A program made the position numbers and the translations under genes. A stretch of DNA of 64,000 bases from Candidatus Nanoarchaeia archaeon. Lineage in GTDB: Archaea; Nanobdellota; Nanobdellia; Jingweiarchaeales; Jingweiarchaeaceae. The notes beneath the pieces were generated by a model that did no database searches, had not been told where the DNA came from, and saw only the letters and a program-made list of their open reading frames with translations. The stretch covers positions 25,488-89,487 of the forward strand of contig JAVZDD010000003.1 in the NCBI GenBank assembly GCA_038874075.1, written 5' to 3'. Each line of letters starts with the position of its first letter. Positions within the stretch are counted from its first letter, which is position 1. Below are positions 1 through 14,000 of this stretch, in pieces.

Positions 1-3000
1 AGGTGTTGGACCGTAGTATGTTGTTTGATTCGCAAGTTGCCATTCTCCACCAGATTTCCTTATCCATAGATAAACAGTAACATTATCTCCATCAAAATTC
101 TTTACCTTTATTTCAAATGTGAATGTTGTCCCCCATTCACCAGAACCAGGAGTAATGCTCCACGAACCTTCAACAAATTCAGGCCTATGATTTATGTAAA
201 ATGCATTCTCATATGTTGAATTTTCATCTGCATAATAACTCTTACTACCATTCATCGTTAAGTTATGCCATCCCCAGTTCCAGTTCCAAGTATCACCACC
301 AAGTATTGTGGCTGTATAGTTACCATAACCTGTATCGGTTGCAAGATAAAATGCATTTTCACTTGGCACAGAGAAATAAACAGTAGCACCAGGAACTAGA
401 CCACAATTTGCATCGTCTGATAAATTACCTGAAAGAGGAATGTTATCGACACCCCTTTCAAATGCTGGATTGTTCTTTGGCCCAATTGGTTGATTTATCT
501 TAGGAGTGAATTCTGAAGTTATTGTAACATTGAAAATACTTGAGTTTGCATCTTTCCACTTCTGATCATTATACACTCCACCTTTCCACTTTTGCTTTCC
601 AACATTATAAACACATTTATTAACTCCAACTGGGAAGTATAGATAGAAGTGACCAGTAGAATTTGAATCACTACCTGGTATTCTTGGTCCCCATGAATTT
701 GGATCACTTGCATTCGTTGTTACCCAGAAACTTGTTTTTGCACCTGATGCACTTTGTCCCAAATCCAAATCAATTACTCTCAATATAAATGTCGTATTTT
801 CTGAGACCCTATTGAATGTTGTTTCATTTCCTGCGATGTATTCAATTGAAACATCATTTTTTTCTACCGTTATATTCAGTATCTTAGTATCGTTTCCCAA
901 ATCAACATCAGATTCATACACACTTTCGTTTACAAAGAACATAATTGACCAATTTCCTTGTTGTTGGTAATTGAATGTTGTAGTTCTCGTTGCAGTTCTA
1001 TTCGTACTACTGCTTCCTGAACTTGTACCGATTAGATGCCAGTCATCAGATACTGGATTGCCATTCGCATCTGTCAATTGTTTTTTATAGAAATAAACCA
1101 CGTCAGTATCCTCATCCGGATCGCTTACATTCACTGAAAGTATAAATGTCTCTCCCCACCCTCCAATCTGAGGAGTTACATTTGGGTAATATAGTTCTGG
1201 TTTTGTTTCTATCCAAAATGAATTGGATCCGTAGGTGGTATATGTAAGTGTGGTAATGTTTTCATTGTAATTTGTTTTGTTTGTTTTCATCGTTAGATTG
1301 TAAGCTTTTGGTGGCATTGAAGAGGTATTGAATGTACAATTGTAATGTCCGTCACCTTCACTTAAAACAGGTTCGCAAATGAAAAGCTCATTTGTTTTTA
1401 ATGATTTGGTTGTAAAGTTTACAGTTACTGGATCAATGATGACATTGCAGTCATCTGTAACATTTGCCCTTATTGTTACATTATCACCTCTTAAGAATTT
1501 TTCACCATCTGGTTGAATTACTGTATTAAACAAGCTCCCAATCACATTTACTGTGTAATTTTCAGTTGAATTTACTTCAACATAGCAAGCATCATTTGTT
1601 ACTCCACCTTTCCAATATTGCTTACCTACAGAATAACTACAATTCGGATCAAAATCAAGCGTAAGATAACCATTTGAATCCCCATTTATCACATAAGCAA
1701 AATTATAATTTTGTGAATCATTTGTGATCCAAATCGTTCCATTTGGATTTATCGCTGGTTGTGATCTGTTTAAGTCATAAATTCTTAATTTCAATTGTTG
1801 GCTAGCTCCATATCGATTTACGTTCGTGTTATTTCCAGCAATGTAGGTTACATTTACAATGTCTTTATGTAAAATTGGACCACTAGCGATCGTTGTGTTG
1901 ATTACATTTGTCGAATCATTTAATTCAAAGATGAAACTGTTTTCAGCCTGCAATAAGTAATCGTTGCATGTGAAGTCATTAACTGTAATCGAACAATTTC
2001 CTTTCCCATTTGTTACTGTGCTGCTTCCTTTATATATCCATTCACCCGTTGTGTTTACGTACAGCTTGCAAACAACAGTATCATTCTCAGGATCATCTAT
2101 TGTAACATTATATCTATACACATCACCAAATCCACCTTCACTTGGAGTAACAATTAAATTTGAATAATATGGATTGATATTCTCTAACCAAAAGCGATTC
2201 CAATAAATTGTGATATTATTATTATAGTAGTTCCTCGATGTTTCTATTCTAACACTATAATTTCCTTCTGGTTTATTTGTTGAATTCCAAGTACAATTGT
2301 ACCATCCATTTCCCTCGTTATTTATGTTTGTACATGAGTACTCATTACCAGTCTGATTATGTATTAATTTGATTGTAATAGATGAAACATCATTTATTAA
2401 GCCCTCATCGCTACAATCAGTTGATACATTGAATCTTATTGGAATTTGATCACTCACATTATAAACAAGTGAATCAGGTTTTTCCAAGTTATTCTTCAGC
2501 TGTCCATATAAGTAATAACTTTCCCAAGAAGTCATTTCTTTTGTTTCATAACAGTCTCCACCATTTATTGTTAATTTCCAATATTGCATTCCAGTACTAT
2601 AACTACAATTCGGATCAAAACCATAATAACTTATTCTACCATTCTCATCTGTTGTATTTGTATGATCAGAATCCCATACAGGAGTTGTGTTGTAGCTGAA
2701 ATTGAAATAACCATTTAATCCCTGAGGTACGGGTATCCCTTTATCCGTATCATTGATAAGAACAATAAATGTTCCGTAATTTATTCCCTCCCTATTTATG
2801 GTTATTCCAGAACCTTGTTCAACAATGAATGAAACATTGTCTTTTTGGAATGTAATATTGAAAATGCTTGATGTTTTAGTTAAATTATAGTTATCACTTG
2901 AATTGAATTTGAAATAAACAATCGGTCCGCTTTGTAAATCATTACATGTAAAAACAGGATAAAAGTTGAGTGTGTTCTCACTCAAACAATTCGTGCAATT

Positions 3001-6000
3001 TTTTGATTCCAAATATATCCATGGACCATTTTGGTTATATGCTTTCCATAGACTCACATTTACAACATCATCCGGATCGGAATCTTGAACTGATACATTC
3101 AATGTGAAATTGTATCCCCAACCCTCACTACTTGGATGAGCACCAGCACCGCTTAACTGTGATCTTGCTCTTAACTGGAACGCATTTATTTTCTCAACGA
3201 ATGTGCCATTATAGAAATTCTTTGAAACATTAAAGCTTACATTGTACCAACCTAATGGATCACCTGTTGTATCAAAAGTACATGTGTAATTTCCATTTCC
3301 TAAATCATTTGCATTGCAAGTATGATAGGAACTCCCATCTTGCATTACATTAAATTGTTTAATTGTTGCGCCACTTACACTTCCGCAATCATCGGAAACA
3401 TTTGCATTTACGATTAAAGATTCACCAACTGCAATTACTTCCCCATTGGGTTGGGTAATATTTGAATTTAGAACTGAGAGAATATTCACAAAATAAGCAG
3501 ATGAATTGTTTGCAAAGTAATAATCACTTTCAAATCCAATCTTCCAATATTGTAAATTGACCGCATAACTGCAACTTGGATTAAAGCTGAAGTTTAAGTA
3601 ATTTGAAACAGCACTTGTTGTACTGTCCAATATGTAATTGCTCTGATCAGTTGTAACATAGAGTTTTCCCGTAGGTCCTGATATACCCCTACCCGGCTCT
3701 ACAGCATCTATCACTTTAACAGAGAGTAATGTTACATTCGAGCCAATTCTTGAAACATTCGTGTTATTCCCAGCAATGTATTCAAAGTAAACATTTCTTT
3801 TTGTGATGTTGAAATAACCACCAAAACTTTCATTTGTTTGCCCGTATTTATCCGTAACATTGATTTTCCATTCATATTCTCCGATCTGTGATGAGCTGAA
3901 GCTCTCAGTAAATGTAACTCTTGTATTTATTGGATTTGTCACATTTTGAGAATCTTTTAATGTGAATGATGTATCAGAAATTTTCTTTACCCACAAACTC
4001 ACATTTACAACATCGTCCCTATCACTTACATTGCAATAAAAGTTTATGTTTACACCCCAAGGAACAGAAGATGGTGAAACATTTAGGCCGAATAAATTTG
4101 GAGGAACTTCGATAAACATCGCATTTGTGTATGTTGTTAAATTGCTATTGTAATTTTCAGTGTATGAGAACATCTTCACATCATACAAACCACCAGCAAG
4201 ATCTGTTGAATTCCAAGTACAATTGTAATAACCATCAGTATAATTATTTGCATAACATGCAAATGTTTCATAACCAATTCTTGAAACATTAAAGCTTACA
4301 TTACCATTACTTATTTTAATCCCACATTCATCCGTAACATTTGCTTCAAATGTTACATTTGAATATTGTTGATATACATTGTCCCCCCCAGGTTCTGTAT
4401 TTCCATTTGGTTCAATTAAGATATTATTTAACCATCCTTTTATTGTCAATGTGTAATTCTGAGTGCTATTCACATTCTTGTAACATGAGTTGTTTACTGT
4501 TCCAGCCTTCCAATATTGTTGACCCACAGAATAACTACAATTTGGTATGAAGCCATAATTTACATAACCATCAGAATTTGTAGTGTTTATACCACCATTA
4601 TCGAAATTTGATTGATCAAATGTTACCCAAAAGCTTACATTCACTCCGCTGAACACATAACTCTTATTATCAGTATCATTTATTCTAACACCAAGTAACG
4701 TGCTTTCACTTCTATTCACTTGTGAATTGTTTCCAAGTACATATTCAATGACCACATCATCCTTGTCTAATGTGAAGTCTATTCCAGCTCTGTCTGTTGT
4801 ATTATGCGCATCACTCGCATTAAACTTGAAATAAGCAGTTGGTATGTAGTCACATGTGAAACCTTTATAGTAGAATACTAATTCTTGCTCTGTCCCACAA
4901 TCATAACAAATCTGAGAACTTACGTACTGCCATGTTAAATTATCAGGAGATATCCATAAGCTTACATTTACATTTTCACCGTTTGCATCACTTACATTCA
5001 CTTTAAATGTGAAATTCTCACCCCATCCCCAATCTTGCTCCGGTAAAACGGTTTCATTTTTGAGAACAGGAGGTTGCCAAACTTGTACGATGTTAAATGC
5101 ATTATTTTTCGTGGAACTTCCATTATTGTAGAAATTTATATTACTTGCATTCATTTCAACATTATACCAACCTTGTACTGCATCAGTAGCATTCCAAGTA
5201 CAATTGTATGTTCCATTGCCTAGATCATTTATTTCATCACAGAAGTAATTTGTTCCTGGAAATGCAACACTTTTTATTGTGAAGTTCACATTTGCGCCAG
5301 CAAAGTAATGTAAGTTACATTCATCATACACGTCACCCGTTATGTTTATTGTCAAGTACTGCTCTCTCTGATATGTTTGACCATTTGGGAATGTGACGTT
5401 CGGCGTTAAGAAACCTTTTATTACCACATTGAAGGTATCTGAGTTCTTGTCTTTGTAACAAGAATCAGCAGAACTGTAAGCATACCAATTCCTATTTCCA
5501 GCTTCATAACTACAATTCGGAGCAAAATTATACTCTACATATCCACTTGAATTTGTCGTGTTCCAACCAGGAATGATATAAGTTGTACCGTTATGCACCT
5601 TAAACCATATTTTTGCTGCACCGTAGCTTGGATTGTATGCCGGAATGCCAGCATCCGTATCATTCACAAACAAGATAAATTTAGTTGGAGTACCACTTCT
5701 ATTCACTTGTGAATTGTTTCCAGCAATGTAGATAATATCAATGTCATCCTTTTCCAAAAGATGTGAACTTTCAGTTGTTTCAGCGTATGTATCTGGTTCT
5801 CCGGGCTCTGACGCATTGAACTTGTAATATTTAAGTGCAGCATCTTGGTAATCACTACAACTGTAATTTCTTGTAAAGTTTACGAGCGTATTGCTTGGAT
5901 TTTGGATATACTTACATTCAGTGATCTGATAATTCGAAGTTGCAGTCATTTTTTCTAAAAGACAAACATTCACATTTGCATAATGTGTAACAGTAACAGA

Positions 6001-8060
6001 GAAATTGAACGTCTCCCCCCATCCACCTGGATTTGGATTCACTTGTGCGGCACTTAAAACAACTGGGGTTCTGAGGAAAAATGCATTTGTTTTTAAATCA
6101 GTACCATTATTGTAATAATCATTCCAAGAATTCATTGTTACATTAAACCATCCACCACTAATCGCCTCAGATGAGTTCCAAGTACAATTATAATAACCAT
6201 TACCATCATAAGTTACATTCCCGACACCTTTACAGTAATAGACATTACTTCCAGATTGTATTTTGAATTCTATCCTGCTTTCTAAACCAGTCACAGGCTG
6301 ATTGCAATCGTCCAAAACTCTTCCTCTAAACGTAATATTTTCTCCCTTTGTGTAATTTGCTGATCCATCCGGTAGCACAATTTGATTTAAAAGATTACCA
6401 TAGATCTCAATGTAAAAGTTCTCTGTTTGATTGTCTTTATAACATGAGGCTCCGGAAACTGTTACATTCCAATATTTTTTACCAGGTGTATATGAGCAAT
6501 TTGGATTGAATTCACGGTAGTAATGTGTTTCATTCTTATACTCTTCATTTTCATTTTCCAACCAATACCCATTTGCTTTCACCCGGAAATGTACATTTGA
6601 AAGATCAATAACATTTGTATAATTGTTTGTTACTAAGTCCCATATTTGGACCGTAAGATTTACCTTATTATTTTCGCTTGAATCGCTCCTGTTCACTTGG
6701 CTATTGTTTCCACTTACATAATTAATCGAAATTGCTGATTTTGTTACATTGAAAGCAGTCTCAGATGTGGTTGCACTGAAACCAGTTACGCTACTTGCAT
6801 TGAATTTAAAGTACCAATTATCTATGTTGTCACAACTGAAGTTCTTTTGATAAGAATAATCGAAATTGTTACAATTTACACAGGAAGTTGAGTTCTCTAG
6901 GAACCAATTATAAGTTGTGTTCTTTAACCATAGCATGATTGTTACATTTTGATTGTCTTCGGATGTTACAATTAGAGAGAAATTGAATGGTTTTATTTCC
7001 CAGCTTCCTTCTGGATGGGGCTGGACTTGTGGATTAGTTAGACTAATATTACTCGCTAGGAAAAATGCATTTAAAATGTTCTTTGTTCCGTTCCAATATT
7101 TATTCCCATTTTCACCCTTACCAAATGCAATCATTGTGACATTGTACCAACCATATGGGAAACTCGAATTTGTTTCAATTTGACATGAGAAACCAGTTGT
7201 GGTTATACAAGTTCCATAAACATTTCCATTTTGCATCATTCTGAACTCTAAACCAAATTTGCTTGGATCAGTTTGTGTAACAGAACAATCATCGATCACG
7301 CTTCCAGAAAATGCAATTGTTTGTCCTCTAGTGAAGTTTTGATTGAACGATTGAATCGTTGAATTGCTTAAATCACCCATAAGCCAAAATAGAAGTGCAT
7401 TGTATGGTGATGGTTCGGTTAAATTGTTATTGTAATAACTTGAATCAATTGCTCCACCTTTCCAATAATTCTGCCCAAGATAAAAGTTATTTGCAGTTGG
7501 GCACCAATCACTTAATGTCATTGTTTGTGTCATGTAACCGCTCTCATTCACAACTGGTGATTGGGGATAATATGTCTTATAAGTTGTATTGCTTCCGAAT
7601 TGAGAAATTTGGATGAAACCTTTACCAAATTCTAGAAGTGTCGCAGGTGTTTGATTGTCACGATCATATATTTCTAATGTGAAATTGTAAGGTGTACTCC
7701 TGTTTATGTTTTCATTCCAGCTCGGAGTGATATTTATTACATCGATATCATCTTTCTCAACTTTAAAATTGTATCCACCAATTTCAGTACTACCATCAAC
7801 ATTGGTTGCATTGAATTTAAAGTACCAATTATCACTTATGTTAAGATGTGAGTAATCATAACTGAAATTGGCTTGCGTCCAGCTAGCACAATTTACACAT
7901 TCCCAACTCCCAATTAAATTGTAATCCTCTACTCCTTTTTTATGCCATGCATAAACAGTAACATTCCTACCGAATCTATCTTTGACCATCACAGAGAAAT
8001 TGAATTGTTCCCCCCATCCACCAGTTGTTAGAGATGGATTTCCATTTACGTAGAGCGTTG
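1..8060 (-). repeat. Tandem array of divergent coding modules of about 970 bp (about 320 aa) inside the giant ORF: 8 complete copies plus 1 partial copy that runs off the window
   Basis: Hand-translated motifs recur with a 950-1015 bp period. GGWGE-type motifs (TPQIGGWGETF, NPNPGGWGETF, TTGGWGEQFNF, SGEWGTTF, SEGGFGDVY) lie near 150, 1160, 2140, 3120, 4070, 5035, 6030, 7010 and 8015. PNCSY..G.QYWK motifs (DFDPNCSYSVGKQYWKGG, GFDPNCSYSTGMQYWK, FNPSCSYAVNLQYWK, FIPNCSYSVGQQYWKAG, FAPNCSYEAGNRNWY, FNPNCSYTPGKKYWN, NKCVYNVGKQKWKGG) lie near 615, 1635, 2605, 3570, 4535, 5505, 6495 and 7480. GNG.YNCTWN and KDD.I.Y.AGNNSQVNR also occur once per module. Confidence 0.85.
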
Positions 8061-11000
8061 CATTTTCCAAAAGTGGAGCATAACTATATTCTTTCACCTT
8101 CATGAACAAATGCTGGGTCTCATTAAACAAGAGTCCATATAACCAAGTGTAATAAATTTTTGTTATATTCGATGTTGTATTTGCACCATAAGTACCCGTT
8201 GCATAGGAATGTAAGTACAATGGGTGTTGCAATTGCCTGAATCTCCAACTTTGATCTTCGGTGAGGTTATATATTGTTTCGTATTCAAAGTAAATGCTTC
8301 CAAAAAAGTTTCTCTCAAAGAAAAGTGATTCTACATTATCATCAGTTTCAGTTTTTATTGAAAGTTCAGAAATTGTGAGATTTTCACCTGTCGCATTGAA
8401 TGTGAAGTTTATACCACCATTAATGATTCTCTGGTAATTTTTATTGGGTGATTGCAATGTGTGGTAGATTGTTTTATCACATGAGGCACCTGAGCAAACA
8501 TAGTTAGGATAGTCGGTATAATTTATTGTTCCCCTTGTATCTTTGATTGCGTATGGATTTAATACAATTCCACCTTCTGAACTGCAGTTTATTGTGAAAT
8601 TCAGATAAGTTGTATTCCTTACATTGAGGTTACTCAAATTCCATTCAATTGTTCTTGTGCTCGAATTCCAGCTTCCATTCCAAACTTGGGTTACATCACA
8701 AATTCCAGGAATTGGTAAATAAATCGTCCAATTGTTCGCTTGTGTGTCTCCAATGTTCCTCACGATTAAACTAGCATTATAAGTATAATTTGGTTGCAAA
8801 CTTCTCGGCTCATTCCAGGGAAAGTCAGGAAGCTGCCATAAAGCAAGATCGAATTCTATATGACTCTCATTTGTGTAATTTGCCGTTTGCAAATGATGGA
8901 ACTCATGCGGCTCATCCCAATCCACATTCTCATAGTTTAAATTCCACTTCATATTTCCTGTAGCTCCAATTGTCGTCGGAGCTTTTACTTGATAAGTAGC
9001 TACTCCATACTCATTCACATCAAAACCAGCAATTTGCCATATCACAAGATTGTTTTCCAAATCAACTGAGGAATTGAAATTCAATCCACCCAGCAAATTT
9101 GGATTTGCTGGTGTCCATCCAGGTTTTATCTCTTCTTTAAGTATCACATTTCCATTTATCGGTGCACATCCTTTGTTATGCAGTACTAGTGCACTTTCGA
9201 AAACACCATTCGGATAAACCCTTGTTGGTGTTTCCCTTATTACTTCGATCACAGAATGGTTTGCGTTACTCACATTCAATTGGTAAAGTTTAGTAATGTT
9301 GAACTCTAAAAACTCCTGCAAATAGGAAATCGAGACATTTATTGTTGCATTTTCTGCATTGTTAGGAGATGTGATGTTAAATTCAAACTTAATGTCCTCT
9401 GGTGTGAAAATGACATACTCTAAATAACCAGGCGATACATCCCAACCAGGAGGCACGCTCACACTTACATTTATTATTGTGTTTTCATCAGCATGGATCC
9501 CTTCTAATTCAACATTTAATGTTTCAGAAGTTCCGGGACACATTCTTGGATTGAGTGTTAGGTAAACTTGTTCAGGTATATTATAAAATCTCTCAAATCT
9601 GGTTGTCGAATTTCCATCGCTGAAATTCAAGGTTGTATTGACAACCAACATCTCGTGTGGCATATTCAGCGTGTTTACGAGAAATGTATAATTTATTAAG
9701 CTGTTTGGGGTCAAATTTAGATAAGTCGAATTTTCATAATAACTGACATTCCCATCCCAATTTGTTATGTTGATTGAAAGTAATGTGTCATTGTACCATT
9801 CATTGAATGGGTTTTTGATCGAAATGACCATATTAACCGTGTCATCACTTCTTAAATAAGTGACATCAGTTACTACGACTCTTTCTATCATGTAAATCGA
9901 TGCATTCACATAATCAATCATCAATGGCTCCGGACCATAATTTCGAAGTTGTAAGCCACAAGAACCATTGTTAAAAAGGCCAACATCCGGACCAAGTGGT
10001 CCAAGGGGCTTCATTGTGATATTTTCAGTCACAATCTGTGTGCTTGCAACCGTGAACCATTCTTTCTTTCCGTAGCCAATGATAACAGCATTGGCAGTAC
10101 CATTCAATGCTTCCCAGAAGATTTTTATGTCTGCTACTCTTGGCTCAATTGCACCACAATCCCATTCAAGCAATATACTTTCTCCAGGATCAACTTTTGC
10201 TTCAGCACTTTCATTATCAAAATCGTTACCAATCACCCCATCCAAAGAACAAACTTTGCTTGTAACATCTATCCCCTTTAATGTTAATCTGGCATTTGGA
10301 CACCCAAGATACTTATAACCCCAGACAATTGGATTCACATATTCTGTGTCATCATTACCTAATGAGTTATTTACATATATTGAAATACTAAAATTACCAT
10401 AAGTTGTTGCATTGATTGTCCATTTTACTTTCTTTAGTTCTCCAACCCCAATTGAACCAATATATTTAGTTCTATTATCTACCTGCCATTCTGAAGGGGC
10501 GTTCAATGTCACATAAACATCATTTGAAGTACTAACGAGGCTTGAAATCGTTGCATTTATTGTGAAGTTATTGTATTGGAATACTTCAATCGGAGAAAGC
10601 GCTTCTACGATTGTTGGTTGTGGTTCACAACCAGTTACGTCGATCGTTATTGTGAAATTCTCACTTATGTTACTATAGTAAGCACTGTCTTCACTAATCC
10701 ATGCAAACCATTTCTGGGCTCCTGGATTAAAATTACAATTTGGTGTGAATGTCACTGTTGCTATTCCATTTGTATCAGTTGTTGTTGAATTGACAAGATA
10801 ATTGTATATTCCATCATAACTCACATTGAAATAAACAGTCGTAGCGGGTGTCAAATTGTAAGTGTCAGCAATCAAATCCTTTACTCTTACTTTAAAAGTA
10901 GCTGCTTGTGTTAGATTCGCATAGCTATTGTTTCCAGAAACATATTCGATCGAAGTGTTATCTTTTTTGATTACAAAACTATCATAACCTGATGTTGATT

Positions 11001-14000
11001 CAGTAGCTAAACTGAACATGTAAAACCAAGTGCCAACATCTTGAGATGTAAAATTCTTGTACCAATACTTTGTTTGATTTATACAATCAGGATAACTACA
11101 ATTCAAAGGTGTTTGATTCACACAATCTGAGCACTCAGTGAAACCAGTCGGAGAACCCTTTGCTAATAATAATTTTACTTCATATGAATCTGTATCTCCA
11201 CTGCTTGATATAATAGAAAAATTCCAATTTTTATAACCCCAGCCTTGTGAGCTTGGAATCACACTTGGATTTTCCAATTTATAAATAGGGAAAAGATAGA
11301 ATAATCCAGGAGAAATTAATCTATAACTCACATTTGAATAGTAATAATTTGCTTCTGCGTACATCGTGGTATTGTACCATCCTTTTGGTGTGGTCACATT
11401 TGTATTCCAATCACAAGTATAAGCATTTGCACCTACTTGGCTTACTGGTGAGCACTCATAACCTGCTGTTGAATGATTCGCATAGAACTTTACATTTGTG
11501 CTTAATGGATCTCCGCAATCATCCGTTGTAGCACCTAAGAAAGGAATTTTTTGCTCCTGCGTATAATTCGTTGACCCATCTGGCTTTTGGAAATCCAAAT
11601 TTATATCTCCAGTTACAAGAATGCTTAAATTGTAGTAATTTTCCGTTGAATTGTCCTCATAGCATGCTTGTCCAGAAATTACAGCTTTCCATTTTTGATT
11701 TCCCACTTGGTATTTCGGAGAACATTTCGCCTGGAAATAGTAATTGGCATATGCGGATGAATTTGTTGTATTGCTCGTACCAACATCGTATATAGATCCA
11801 TCCAATGTTACATAGAAGGTAATCGGTAGATTTGTGATCAAAGTTCCATTTGCGTCTCTCACTCTTAATGCAAGTAATGTGGTCGTCTTTCCTCTTCTTG
11901 TTTCAGTGTTATTACCAATTACATCCTCAAAAATCGTCTTGTCTTTTGTTATCGTGAAAGTTTTCGTCGTTGAGTTCGTTGTTCCTGCATCATTCGTCGC
12001 ATTGAATTTCGCAAATACTGTTGAACCAATATCCTCACAATCTGGATCGAATTCGAATGTGAAATTTGTCCATTGTCCTGTCCCAGAGCCAGGTGCTTGA
12101 TATATCTGACAGTTTCCTACTTGTTTCCATGGTTCACTACCAGTCTTACTGAACCAGGCGCAAACGCTTACATTATTCTCGGAATTACTTACTCTTACAG
12201 TAATATTAAAAGTGAAATTGAATCCCCAAGCACCAGATGAACTTCCTGTTTCATTCGATACAATTGTTGCATTCTCCATTTCAATTGAGGCAGGAGGAGC
12301 TAGCACTTGTACATCTTTACAATTAAAAACAATCGTTGAGTTTTCAGTTGCATTTGCTTTTATGCAAAATGTATAAGTCCCTGGTGTTGTCCCAGATGTG
12401 TTAACAATGTAAGTGTAATCAGTATGTGCATTTCTTGATTGTAACGGACCTATTGTTCCAAGGTAAGTAAGATTACTAATTTCATTTGTGGAATTCCTAA
12501 CTTCAAATTTGCCTGTATAGTTTATCTCAACAATTACATTACTTGCATTGCCAGGACCAGCATTATAAATTGTTGATGAAATGTTGAAAACATCACCAGC
12601 ATATATCGTACTTGGTATTGTCGTTGGCTTTGAAACGTTTAATGAGGCACCACACGAAGCTGAGAAAATGTATGGTTTATTATAGTATATCAATGTTCCA
12701 TTTAAAGGTATTGCTTGGAATCTGAAAGTACCATTTGTTTGATATGTTACATTTAATGTGTAATTGTAATATTTTGAATAAGGCTTTCCATACGGAGATT
12801 GGAAATTTATATTATTGTCCCAGGTTATTTTTACTGAATCGTTTATCGTTGCAGGACTGCCTTCGCTTGACCATGTGTTTTGGAATATCAAATCTTGTGG
12901 ATGCGTTACAGTTAAATTTTCCTTATTTTCAGTAAAGTTGAAATTGCTTCCTGGCTGGTTTCCTTTGTTGAAAACTTGGAATGAAACATTGAAAGTACCG
13001 CACCCGAACGAGCTTGGAAAACCTATGAGCCACTGGGAAGAAGATGCATCATAATAATTTCTAATTGTTTTAATCCAAGGACCAAGAAGCGTTATTGTTC
13101 TCTTGTTTTTTGTCCACCACTCTCCCTTATTCCTTGCTGCTTCACCTAAGAGATTTTGATACCATGGTTTTCCTCCAGGTGCAAATTGAAGAATGCTTCC
13201 TATGGTTGTTTGTATGTTAGAAATCGTCACCAGACCACCTATCGTTGTTGATGTGGTGATGTAACCATTCGTAAATGCACCAAGTCTAGACCATCTAATC
13301 CACCAACCCTCATACATAGAACCTACTGGATAACCTGGATCAGGTGTATATCCACCACTAAAACTATCTCTACTTATATTGAAACCAGGAGGTATCCAAA
13401 GATCAATCACATACACATAACCAGCAGTTGCAGATCCTGTTCTTATCGCATATTGTATTGTTGCCGAGGAGCTCTCTCCAATTTCTGTAATGTTTAGGAA
13501 TGGATCAGGAGAACCGGAATGTCCCGTAGCAGCATTAGCAGAGATAAATGTGTCCGTTTTTGTGATCGTTTGTGAGCTCTGAGTAACGGGATCTACCCAA
13601 ACTACTTCTGTAACAAATTGACCATCTGCACTTGCCTCTTCTGGACCAACCCATTGGATTGTTGCATTGAAGCATGAAGATGTTGGTATTTCTCTATTTA
13701 ACCATTGAACTAGACTTGCAGTTATTGTATTCGCGCTTGGTCCTTCTATAATTGTTGGTGCTGTTGATGGTGATTGGCCAGAAGGATATACAGTAATATT
13801 AACTGTTAAGTTATAATCACCAAAATTACATACACTTAGTCTTTGGTAATTCCTACTACCACTATCACCTGTTCCTCTATTTGGATAAGTGGTAAATATG
13901 ATAAGTGGAGCAAGGTTGCCTTCTTCGGATTGATAAATATCAAATGTTTTTGTATAAGTAAGAGTTGGTCGATTAGTTTGATTTATTTCAACTTTTAAAG

